From: Candidatus Poribacteria bacterium
Lineage (GTDB): Bacteria > Poribacteria > WGA-4E > WGA-3G
Assembly (NCBI GenBank): GCA_965221425.1
Contig: OZ244889.1
Location: forward strand, 2,624,675-2,688,674
Reading direction: 5' to 3'
Length of the DNA stretch: 64,000 bases
Shown piece by piece: positions 50,820 through 59,314 of this stretch; positions within the stretch are counted from its first letter, which is position 1, and the number at the start of each line of letters is the position of its first letter. The translations under genes and the position numbers were made by a program. The notes under the pieces are model-generated. The model did no database searches. It was not told the DNA's origin and saw nothing but the letters and a program-made list of their open reading frames with translations.

Positions 50820-51161
50820 AACCGGATGGGCGTTTCTCTGTATACGAAGGGCGGTGTTTATAACCGTCCTTTTGCTTTTCAGTTGGTAGTAATGTTATCA
50901 TTCAAATTTCTTCTTTAGAAAATTGAGTGCTTCGTCAAGAATTAATAAAAAGAACCCTCCATAAATTGCTATTATGAAGTGAAGAAACAGACCATCTTCT
51001 ATGAAACGGACAAAAGCCACCAATATAGTAAACTTTAGAATTAATTGGACATTAGGATCGGTTTGGTCAGAAAACCGAAACTAACGCAGACACTGTAGTA
51101 CAACCTGTATGAGAATAAAAAAATAAATTAGGTAATTCGTGGAAATATCCAGTGCGGTTAG

Positions 51162-51324
51162 ATGAAGATTAAAAAATAAATTGAGTAATATAGCGAGGTT
51201 AGGAAACCTCGCCAGCAGAGATACACACCTGCTGATGGCGAGGCGGGGAATGCCTAAATGGCATTCATACCGTTGATTTCTTCCTAACCTCGCCAAATTA
51301 CCGAATTAATAACTTAAACTTCAT
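51162..51324. mobile_element. MITE-like palindromic element family A, complete copy
   Basis: atgaagattaaaaaataaattgagtaatatagcgaggttaggaaacctcgccagcagagatacacacctgctgatggcgaggcggggaatgcctaaatggcattcataccgttgatttcttcctaacctcgccaaattaccgaattaataacttaaacttcat. TIRs are about 45 nt and an internal hairpin is present. Confidence 0.8.
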
Positions 51325-51683
51325 GAAACCGCACCTACCGGGTTTGGGGGAAATTAGAATTACCCACTAAAAAACTTAATCTTCATTTAGGTTATGTTCC
51401 GTTTCTGCCCAACCTAACAAGTTGTGCTACAAAATATGCCCTTTAATTCTAAATGTCACTATATAAGAAAACAGATAACAATTACCCGAAAAAATCGCAT
51501 GATTTCTCCTTCCTAATTCCGACAGGATTTTGTAATTTGAGGGTGGGACAACAGAAAACCCACAATAAATTGTGATTGAACACTGTAACACTTGAAAATA
51601 GCCAAAATGCGTAAGTCATCTTTTTGTTGTTTTCATAACAATCATTATATCATTATGAAAAGTAGATACAAAGCATATTTAAG

Positions 51684-51713
51684 ATTGACACCCGTTCTGT
51701 AAAAAGAGTATAA
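51684..51713 (+). promoter_or_regulatory. near-consensus sigma70 promoter (ttgaca-18-tataat)
   Basis: ttgacacccgttctgtaaaaagagtataat, about 90 nt upstream of the 51803 lipoprotein gene. Confidence 0.45.
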
Positions 51714-51802
51714 TACCAATTAACCTTATTTTGGAATTTCCGACGAGATAAATTCGGTGAGTTACAGAGACCTCACTCTACAGATTGGGTGAACTTGATA
51801 TA

Positions 51803-52306
51803 ATGAAGAGACAGATAAAACTGCAATTACGGGGAATTATACTCGTAGGCATCTGCGTAATTGCGTTGCTTGCATGCGGAAGCGGGGAAATCCAAAATTT
51901 TGAGGGCATTCAGGTTCTATCCGATCCACGTACAGATCGGATAGACATCAGGATTTATCTGCTTGATAAACATGGAACCCCTCTTATATGGAGCCAGAGC
52001 ATTCTCAGTCCCAACGTTGGTGTTAGTACTGTTTCAGAAACTGATTTTATCACCAACGTAGAAGTCTACTCTATGCGGGATGGCAAGAAACATCGGAAGG
52101 TTTACGATGGAAGATTATACCATGTCCGATGGGCGCAAGAACCGAATAGTTTTGATAGACTCCTGAGCGCAGAAATTCCGCGCTGGCTCATTGAAGAAGA
52201 CCCTGAACGCGATACATATTTAGGCGTTATTACAGTTGAAGTCCAAACCGAAAAACAAGGACCTTTTACAGATACCATAGAAAGCACCGCTATTTATAAG
52301 AGATAA
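51803..52306 (+). CDS. lipoprotein, hypothetical
   Basis: Lipobox LLACG. Confidence 0.5.
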   Translation: MKRQIKLQLRGIILVGICVIALLACGSGEIQNFEGIQVLSDPRTDRIDIRIYLLDKHGTPLIWSQSILSPNVGVSTVSETDFITNVEVYSMRDGKKHRKVYDGRLYHVRWAQEPNSFDRLLSAEIPRWLIEEDPERDTYLGVITVEVQTEKQGPFTDTIESTAIYKR

Positions 52307-52308
52307 CA

Positions 52309-53169
52309 ATGCCTATTCACACACAAGACTATCGCCATTGGGAAGGCACACTGAAACCTCGCAATCATACACGGTGGTGGGTTATTGCGAAAGCAGAACT
52401 GAAACTGCTTGCGCAACGCAAAATCGTCCGATTAATTGTTGCGATTCCACCGGTAATCTACATTCTGTCCTACGGAATCTTTATCTATATTTTTAATATC
52501 CTTCCACATGTACCTACTGAATTTGATATTGATAGCGGTTTCTTTCAAGGATTTCTATTCAGGCTTCAAACGTTTCCATCTGCGTTTTTGGTTGCGTTAG
52601 TCGTTATTTTTGGAGGTGCGGGGTTAATTGCCAATGATCTAAAGCACAACGCGCTTTCGCTCTATTTGTCTAAACCGATTTCATGGGTAGATTACCTTAT
52701 CGGGAAATTTATTGTGATCGGTAGTTTGCTTTTCTGTATGACGTTAATTCCTGGACTATTACTATTTCTTGAACATGTGTTGTTAACCGATACACCCTTT
52801 CTTAAAGAAAATTATTGGCTACCCTTATCTATCATCATCTATTCCGTAATAATCACCATCATTACCAGTCTATTAATGTTGTTTTTCTCATCGCTCACCA
52901 CAAATTCTCGCTATGCGACGATCGGTTTTTGCGCTGTTTGGTTTGGATTGCCTGTCATTCATCTCATTCTTAAAGAGGTGATCCCGAGTAGCACAGTAGC
53001 TTTAGTTTCGGTCTGGACGAATCTTGATCGTCTTGGAAATGCCCTCTTTGGTTTAGAAAGTGGTTATAATATACATTGGTCTTGGTCACTCCTTTTATTA
53101 GCTGCTTTGACTGCTGCATGTATCCTTGTTCTCCGCCATCGGATACGGGCGGTATCAATTGTTAAATAA
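52309..53169 (+). CDS. polytopic membrane protein (possible ABC-2-type permease)
   Basis: Six hydrophobic segments; starts 3 bp after the lipoprotein stop. The family is uncertain. Confidence 0.45.
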   Translation: MPIHTQDYRHWEGTLKPRNHTRWWVIAKAELKLLAQRKIVRLIVAIPPVIYILSYGIFIYIFNILPHVPTEFDIDSGFFQGFLFRLQTFPSAFLVALVVIFGGAGLIANDLKHNALSLYLSKPISWVDYLIGKFIVIGSLLFCMTLIPGLLLFLEHVLLTDTPFLKENYWLPLSIIIYSVIITIITSLLMLFFSSLTTNSRYATIGFCAVWFGLPVIHLILKEVIPSSTVALVSVWTNLDRLGNALFGLESGYNIHWSWSLLLLAALTAACILVLRHRIRAVSIVK

Positions 53170-53191
53170 TCCTACATTATCCCATCTATAT

Positions 53192-54049
53192 CTACTTTAA
53201 TCTTGCCCTATTTGCATCCCACATCTCAGTCTCGGAGTAAATCTGTGGGGGTGTTATTGGGGTTAACGTTGGTGTCCAGTCTGGTTGGAATTGTTGAACC
53301 AGCCGTACAGCATTTTGATATGCAATCCGTTCTTTTGTCTCATCATCAAGGTGTGCAGATTCAATCTGTGCTTGAACAAGGCGAAAATCATAGTATGGCA
53401 GATCACTACCGAACATAATTCTATCGTTACCGAGGTTATTGACAAGGTGTACTAAGTCCCAACTTTCATCCCCCTCAGGTTTTTGCGCAACATCATACCA
53501 TATATTTTCTTGTTTCCCACAATGCGCAATTGCATCAAGGTGTCCTGCTTTGTTCATTGAGACATGTCCGATAATGAACGTAATTGTCGGGAACCTTTGT
53601 GCATACGCAGCGATATTTTGTGTTGAACCTGCCTGATGTAGCAAACACAACCCGTTGTGCATTGCTACCACTTCCAGGAATGCGTATAATTCTCCACCAA
53701 GTGAATGTCCGGATAACGCCGGATGGCACGCGAATCCGACTAAGCCATCGTCACACATTGCCCTATCCAGCTCGTCCACGCCTGCTTGTTCATGCCGCAC
53801 TTCTACAATTCCAAGCCCGATGGGAAAACGTTCCGGGTACTTTCGGCAAGCATTTGCAATAACCTCGTTCTGTGCGCGCGTATCTAATACACCGCGCGCT
53901 TGCGGCCCGCCAGCTGTCGGACACGGAATCGCACCAATAACATTTGCCGAAGCCATCCTGGCAAGACATCGTCCAACACTCTGTCCAATAACCGGCGCGC
54001 GTGATACCGTCATGCCGATGTGGCAGTGTACATCAAAATAAGAAAGCAT
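53192..54049 (-). CDS. amidohydrolase-2 family (TIM-barrel metal-dependent hydrolase)
   Basis: N-terminal FDVHCHIG and an internal HxxH…D pattern. Confidence 0.65.
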   Translation of the reverse strand: MLSYFDVHCHIGMTVSRAPVIGQSVGRCLARMASANVIGAIPCPTAGGPQARGVLDTRAQNEVIANACRKYPERFPIGLGIVEVRHEQAGVDELDRAMCDDGLVGFACHPALSGHSLGGELYAFLEVVAMHNGLCLLHQAGSTQNIAAYAQRFPTITFIIGHVSMNKAGHLDAIAHCGKQENIWYDVAQKPEGDESWDLVHLVNNLGNDRIMFGSDLPYYDFRLVQAQIESAHLDDETKERIAYQNAVRLVQQFQPDWTPTLTPITPPQIYSETEMWDANRARLK

Positions 54050-54148
54050 AAGTCAACCTCTTTATAGTGAAACCTATAATTAACGTGAACTCGGTAAAAT
54101 CTTTGTAGAGCAAACTGTTAGTTTGCGTTCCACAGATGCACAAACTAA

Positions 54149-54468
54149 ATGAAGATTAAAAAATAAATTGGGTAATATAGCGAGGTTAGGAAGAAATCAA
54201 CGGTATGAATGCCATTTAGGCATTCCCCGCCTCGCCAGCAGAGATACACACCTGCTGATGGCAAGGCGGAGAATCATGGCGAATACCATACGGGGAATGC
54301 CATACGCGCATTCATACCGTTGATTTGGCGTATTCGCCCAATGGCATTCATACCCGGGGAATCATGGCGAATACCACACGCGTATTCGCCCAACGTCATT
54401 CATACCGTTGATTTCTTGATTTCTTCCTAACCTCGCAAAATTACCGAATTAATAACTTAAACTTCATA
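54149..54468. mobile_element. nested family A MITE cluster (≥3 interleaved copies)
   Basis: The outer ends atgaagattaaaaaataaattgggtaatatagcgaggttaggaa … ttcctaacctcgcaaaattaccgaattaataacttaaacttcat enclose several ggcattcataccgttgattt / catggcgaataccatacgggg sub-units. A family D palindrome sits immediately upstream (54103..54148). Confidence 0.75.
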
Positions 54469-54573
54469 AAGTTTGTGCGACAAGCTCACGTTGTCCGTAG
54501 CAACTTGAGTAATTATAGCAGAAGCAAGTTCTGGATGCAAGGTTTTGCCATTTTGATTCAGAACCATTCAGGA

Positions 54574-54602
54574 ATTGACATAACTTAAAATGTTTGTTAT
54601 AA
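54574..54602 (+). promoter_or_regulatory. perfect-consensus sigma70 promoter (TTGACA-17-TATAAT) for modA
   Basis: ttgacataacttaaaatgtttgttataat, 38 nt upstream of the modA ATG. Confidence 0.55.
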
Positions 54603-54640
54603 TTTTTTTCGCGTTAACCCACGATTTAGGCTAAATCATT

Positions 54641-55432
54641 ATGTTTCAACACGCTAAATTTTACACATTTTTTGTGTTTTTGTTTATATTTACAGAACTT
54701 CTGGGATGTGGAAATAGACAAAAAGCCCCTGAATTAAGAGTTTTTGGTGCAGTGAGTTTGACAGATGCTTTGACTGATATAGGCAAGCTGTTCACTGCAA
54801 AGCAAGGTGTTAAAGTCAGCTATAATTTTGCGGCATCTTCAACGCTGCAACGTCAAATTGAAAAAGGGGCATCGGTAGATGTTTTCATTTCAGCAAGTCC
54901 TCAACAAGTTACCGCGCTTGAAACCCGTGATATGCTTGAAACAGATAGTCGTCACAACATCTTGTCAAACCGGTTAGTCCTTGTTTCTCATAAAAACGCT
55001 GTTTTATCTGTAGAAACTGTTGATACGCTTGCCGATGATGCTGTTTCGCGAATTGCTATTGGACAGCCTGAAATTGTGCCTGCTGGCACTTATGCAAAAG
55101 AGGCTTTGGAACGACTTGGCCTGTGGAAAAAGGTACTACCAAAGTTAGTCTTTGGGATAGATGTGCGAGCGACACTTGCTTATGTCAGTGCAGGAAATGT
55201 TGACGTAGCGATTGTCTATCAAACAGACGTAACACTGAGCAAAAATGTCAAAATACTTTATGAATTTCCTGACAAAACCCACAAACCTATAGTATATCCT
55301 GCAGTTGTTCTGAAAGATAGTCAACAAAAACAGTTAGCGCAACAATTTATTACGTTTTTAAAAACATCTCGTGCCACTAAAATTTTCGAGAAACACGGAT
55401 TTGCTTGTTTAACATCAGATTCTACACAGTAG
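54641..55432 (+). CDS. modA: molybdate ABC transporter substrate-binding protein
   Basis: Signal peptide; LRVFGAVSLTDAL…VSYNFAASSTLQRQIEKGASVDVFISA matches the ModA pattern. Confidence 0.85.
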   Translation: MFQHAKFYTFFVFLFIFTELLGCGNRQKAPELRVFGAVSLTDALTDIGKLFTAKQGVKVSYNFAASSTLQRQIEKGASVDVFISASPQQVTALETRDMLETDSRHNILSNRLVLVSHKNAVLSVETVDTLADDAVSRIAIGQPEIVPAGTYAKEALERLGLWKKVLPKLVFGIDVRATLAYVSAGNVDVAIVYQTDVTLSKNVKILYEFPDKTHKPIVYPAVVLKDSQQKQLAQQFITFLKTSRATKIFEKHGFACLTSDSTQ

Positions 55433-55453
55433 AAATGGATATGCTGTATTGCA

Positions 55454-56125
55454 ATGAGGATAACCGCAGCCGAAATTACCGCTCTTATCTTATCTATAAA
55501 AGTTGCATCGTTGAGCCTCATTGTGATGTTTCCGCCAGGACTGCTTGTCGGATGGCTGCTTGCAAAACGGGATTTTCCGGGAAAATCTCTCTTAAATACA
55601 TTCGTCATGCTGCCATTGGTTCTCCCGCCTGTCGTAAGCGGATACCTGCTGCTTATTCTCCTGAGTAAACATGGACTTATCGGAGGATTCTTATTTAACG
55701 TTTTCAATTTAGAGCTCGTTTTTTCACCTTTCGCTGTTGTAATTGCCGTTTCAATCATTTCTTTTCCTTTATTAGTACGGGGTATTATAACAGGGATGGA
55801 GTCTGTGCCGATCGAGCTTGAAAACACTGCCCGTACACTTGGCGCATCACCGATAAAAGTCTTTTGGACAATAACCCTACCGCTTGCATCTCGCGGCATT
55901 ATTGGGGGAGCAATTCTCGGTTTTTCTAAGAGTCTTGGCGAGTTTGGAGCTACCCTCATGGTGGCAGGTAATATTCCCGGTAAAACTCAGACAATGGCGC
56001 TGAGTATTTATCATGCGGTCCAACTCGGACAAGATATCACGGTTTATCGATTGGTGTTTATTTCAACCGTTGTCGCATTTATTGCTATCTGGTTAACAGA
56101 ACGTATCACGATTAGACAGCGTTAG
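55454..56125 (+). CDS. modB: molybdate ABC transporter permease
   Basis: Strong co-linear similarity to E. coli ModB (LSLKVA…FPGK…LPLVLPPVV…GEFGAT…). Confidence 0.9.
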   Translation: MRITAAEITALILSIKVASLSLIVMFPPGLLVGWLLAKRDFPGKSLLNTFVMLPLVLPPVVSGYLLLILLSKHGLIGGFLFNVFNLELVFSPFAVVIAVSIISFPLLVRGIITGMESVPIELENTARTLGASPIKVFWTITLPLASRGIIGGAILGFSKSLGEFGATLMVAGNIPGKTQTMALSIYHAVQLGQDITVYRLVFISTVVAFIAIWLTERITIRQR

Positions 56126-56261
56126 TTTCGATTTTTATAACTCAAGTTGCTAAGGACAAGGTTTTAGACCTGCAAACACCGTTTTTTAGAGAGAATGATC
56201 CATTTTTCGCAAGATTCCGTAGTGCAAACTGTTAGTTTGCATCCTCACAGACACAAACTAA

Positions 56262-56576
56262 CTGAAGCTTAATTCATTAATTCGGTAATTTTCGGTACGC
56301 ACAAGGCTTGAATACCATACGGGGAATCATGGCGAATACCCATAGGCGTCAATTTAAGAAAACATAAGAATTATTATGCTCACTTTCGATACACCCGGTT
56401 ATTGGGTTTACCCTCTTTTTAGTCCCGTGAATCAACGCCAAATACCATACGCATATTTGGCGTTGATTCACGGGACTAAAGATACCGCATAATACAAATC
56501 AAAATTCTTAAATTGACGCCTATGGTTCGGTTTCCTAACCGAACATAATGTCCAATCAATTCTAAAGTCTACTATA
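56262..56576. mobile_element. chimeric repeat: family A terminal fragment fused to 5'-truncated family B MITE
   Basis: cttaattcattaattcggtaattttcgg…ggggaatcatggcgaataccc runs directly into ccataggcgtcaatttaag…, with an internal hairpin agtcccgtgaatcaacgccaaat…atttggcgttgattcacgggact. The sequence ends with the family B right TIR taaattgacgcctatggttcggtttcctaaccgaacataatgtccaatcaattctaaagtctactata. Confidence 0.7.
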
Positions 56577-56739
56577 AGAGGGAAGTCCAAAATCGTGACG
56601 CAGGCAATTCGCGTATTTTTTGGAATTATTCTTATCCTGTTACACTTTTTCAATAGGCGCGATTTACGCATTTCTACATATTTTTTAGTCTCGATTTCCG
56701 TCTCTCAACAAATTTGGTATTTTTTGTGCATTTTTTTCT

Positions 56740-56768
56740 TGACAATTCATTTGCAACATGTTATAATA
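56740..56768 (+). promoter_or_regulatory. perfect-consensus sigma70 promoter (TTGACA-17-TATAAT)
   Basis: ttgacaattcatttgcaacatgttataat. Confidence 0.45.
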
Positions 56769-56775
56769 GTATTTG

Positions 56776-57090
56776 ACGTTGGGAATCCATGCAGCGTGCG
56801 TGGGTTACGTCAGGGTGCTTCCTAATCTATTTTGGTTAGGGTGCGGTCGCTAGTGATACCACACCAGCGAACGCTTGCACTGCCATAGAAGTTAGTATGA
56901 CAGCGCTGGTTAGCATTATAACATGTAGACACCCTTGTGTGCCATGTTATAATGCTAACCAGCCCCTATAGGGACAAATTACCAAAACCTTTCTTTGTTG
57001 GCGTACGCCAACACCCCTATAAGTCTGTCATCATTAGAATAATCAATACGCCGCATATCGGCGTAAAGGAAACGCCTCTTTTTTAAACAG
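56776..57090 (+). ncRNA. candidate structured ncRNA or long leader (unknown class)
   Basis: Downstream of the consensus promoter there is a 20-bp perfect hairpin (ctggttagcattataacatg…catgttataatgctaaccag, 56896..56955), palindromes cccctataggg and ttggcgtacgccaa, and a terminator-like ggcgtaaaggaaacgcc+tctttttt at ~57058..57085. No credible ORF is present. Confidence 0.25.
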
Positions 57091-57130
57091 ATAGAGGCAA
57101 CCATAATCTATATAAACAAGGAGTTTTCTA

Positions 57131-57664
57131 ATGTTGAAACAGAGAGTCTTTCAAATCGCAGTAATTTTTGCTGCATTCATGATGTTTAATTTAACGGTTC
57201 ATAGTGGTGAACGTTGTAACAGACCTACCGACGTTGACAGCGGTGTTCGCCCAAACACTGGTACCTTCGGGCATGCAGAAGTTGTTGGCTTGGGATGGTA
57301 TAAGCGTGGCAATGATTACTATGCCAATGTAACGTTATGGGGATACGTTGAGAACGTCAGTCTTGAAAAAATATCTGCGTCCGTTCTGTATGATTTTCGG
57401 GTTATTGAACTGACCCCGAATTTCAATTTTAAAGCTCAGTGGTACGTTCCTCCTATTACCGTAGTTGCGGACCAACTCGATCCAGGTGAAACTCTTATGC
57501 CTTCTTCTTACACGAACGGCCTGATGGTTCCTGGCGGTGATTGGCTGCAAGGTATAGTAGCACGCACTGAGACGATGATCCAGGCTGAAGCAAGAGGAGG
57601 AAAACGTGGACAACTGGTCGACGTATGGTTCGCATGGGGATGCGTCGACATAGAATTTGATTGA
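57131..57664 (+). CDS. secreted hypothetical protein
   Basis: aaggag RBS; signal peptide. Confidence 0.5.
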   Translation: MLKQRVFQIAVIFAAFMMFNLTVHSGERCNRPTDVDSGVRPNTGTFGHAEVVGLGWYKRGNDYYANVTLWGYVENVSLEKISASVLYDFRVIELTPNFNFKAQWYVPPITVVADQLDPGETLMPSSYTNGLMVPGGDWLQGIVARTETMIQAEARGGKRGQLVDVWFAWGCVDIEFD

Positions 57665-57746
57665 TTATTCAACACGTTTTCTTACACAGGTGTCTTTATA
57701 CAAGGCACCTGTGTTTTATAAACCATGACGGACGCATTCCCCTTGA

Positions 57747-57908
57747 ATGAAGTTTAAATAAATATTTCGGTAATTGGCAAGGTTAGGAAACCTTGCCAGC
57801 AGCAGGTGTACATCTCTGCTGGCGAGGCGGGGAATGCCATTTAGGCATTCATACCGTTGATTTCTTCCTAACCTCGCAAAATTACCCAATTTATTTTTTT
57901 ATCTTCAT
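57747..57908. mobile_element. MITE-like element family A, complete copy
   Basis: atgaagtttaaataaatatttcggtaattggcaaggttaggaaaccttgccagcagcaggtgtacatctctgctggcgaggcggggaatgccatttaggcattcataccgttgatttcttcctaacctcgcaaaattacccaatttatttttttatcttcat. Confidence 0.8.
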
Positions 57909-57988
57909 ATAAGGGGTTAGGGGGTTAAATAGTTCGGTATTTCAGTCTTTTTCGTCTTTTTAACCCCTAAATCCCCCTTATCAAGGGG
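57909..57988. repeat. family G long hairpin, second copy
   Basis: ataaggggttagggggttaaa…ttaacccctaaatcccccttatcaagggg, directly abutting the family A copy. Confidence 0.7.
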
Positions 57989-58068
57989 ACTTTAAGTGAA
58001 AATGCGTCCGTCCTGATAAACAATTGTGTGCAAGTAATTATAGATTTCACTATAAAAGGAGTTTTCTC

Positions 58069-59103
58069 ATGAAATATAAACCTTTTCAGGCACGTTACCA
58101 GAAAAATATAGCTCTCGTTATTCTACTTCTTTTCGGCTTCTCCATCTTGCAAAGTTCGGATGCAAAAATTGTCTTTAGATCTAACCGAGAGGGGAATATT
58201 CCGCATATCTACGTGATGGAAGACAACGGTAGTAATGTCCGAAGAATCACAGACCTCGCGTATTATGCTAGGCGCCCACACTGGTTTCCTGATGGAAAAC
58301 GGGTTGTGTTTGAAAGAGACCTGTCACGTGGGGATGGAACGAACTTCCACACAGAATTCGTTATCGTTGACCTCAAACCTCGCAAAGAATACCATTTTAT
58401 GAAAAATCACCGGACGGATCGTTTTCCGAGAGTATCTCCTGATGGGAAACAGCTTGCTTTTCTCAGCAACCGCTTAAAAGATTGGCATATTCATGTGGCA
58501 GACTTAGAGAGCGGTGCGGAAACGGCTATCACTGCGAAACACGCTGATTTAGGTATCCCTAGCTACATGAATTGGTCTCCCGATGGGAAACAGCTTGTTT
58601 ATATACACGGGGAAAATGATCTGGGAGCGCAGATATGGATCATGAATGCTGATGGTAGTCGTCCCAGACGCCTCAGTCATCCGATTGAGGAAGGAATCAA
58701 TAGGGTTTTGAAGTATTTACCGAGTTGGTCGCCATCGGGTCAATTCATCATGTATTCAGAAGTTACCCTAACGCCTAATTTTGAAAAGGTAGGCCCTACA
58801 CGGCTCATTTTCCAGAGTGTGAGGACAAGACAGACCGATATACATAACTTTCCGCGAGATTATGCGATCAACAACGGGTGTTGGATAAATGACCGCATAG
58901 TGCTTTTAAGTATAAAAGCAGGGGTAGGTGAACCAGAAGCTAATTGGGAGATTTATAGATATGACCTTACCAGCAAAAAATTGACAAACCTGACAAAACA
59001 CCCAGCAAAGGATTTCCACCCAGATTGGATTAGTGGGACGCTTGCTGTGTTTCCATTGGACAAACTCACTATTCGCTGGGCACACCTCAAGCAGCCAGAT
59101 TGA
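58069..59103 (+). CDS. PD40/TolB-like periplasmic beta-propeller protein (paralog of 31462..32478)
   Basis: KIVFRSNREGNIPHIYVMEDNGSNVRRIT…PHWFPDGKRVVF…PRVSPDGKQLAF…MNWSPDGKQLVY…PSWSPSGQ. aaaaggag RBS. Confidence 0.7.
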   Translation: MKYKPFQARYQKNIALVILLLFGFSILQSSDAKIVFRSNREGNIPHIYVMEDNGSNVRRITDLAYYARRPHWFPDGKRVVFERDLSRGDGTNFHTEFVIVDLKPRKEYHFMKNHRTDRFPRVSPDGKQLAFLSNRLKDWHIHVADLESGAETAITAKHADLGIPSYMNWSPDGKQLVYIHGENDLGAQIWIMNADGSRPRRLSHPIEEGINRVLKYLPSWSPSGQFIMYSEVTLTPNFEKVGPTRLIFQSVRTRQTDIHNFPRDYAINNGCWINDRIVLLSIKAGVGEPEANWEIYRYDLTSKKLTNLTKHPAKDFHPDWISGTLAVFPLDKLTIRWAHLKQPD

Positions 59104-59139
59104 AGCGAACGCTAAATTGGAACCTCCCTATCAGGTGCG

Positions 59140-59305
59140 ATTTCCTAACTACACACTTAGAAATCGGTATGCAAAGTAGTAGGCACACTCTGCGGGGAAT
59201 GCCTAAATGGCATTCATACCGTTGATTTGGTGCCGTCTATACCCCCAAAGAATGTGTGTGGCGGACGGCACGCGGAGCGTGCCTGCTACTTTTAAATCAA
59301 CGCTA
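59140..59305. repeat. family A/H repeat fragment
   Basis: ggggaatgcctaaatggcattcataccgttgatttgg together with agtaggcacactctgcgg / ggcacgcggagcgtgcctgctact (family H, also at 34080 and 61575). Confidence 0.6.
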
Positions 59306-59314
59306 AAACGGATA

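Noticed and set aside
55321-55959. 212-aa ORF antisense to modA/modB
   Set aside because: It fully overlaps the well-supported modB and modA reading frames on the opposite strand. It has no RBS and is a typical shadow ORF.
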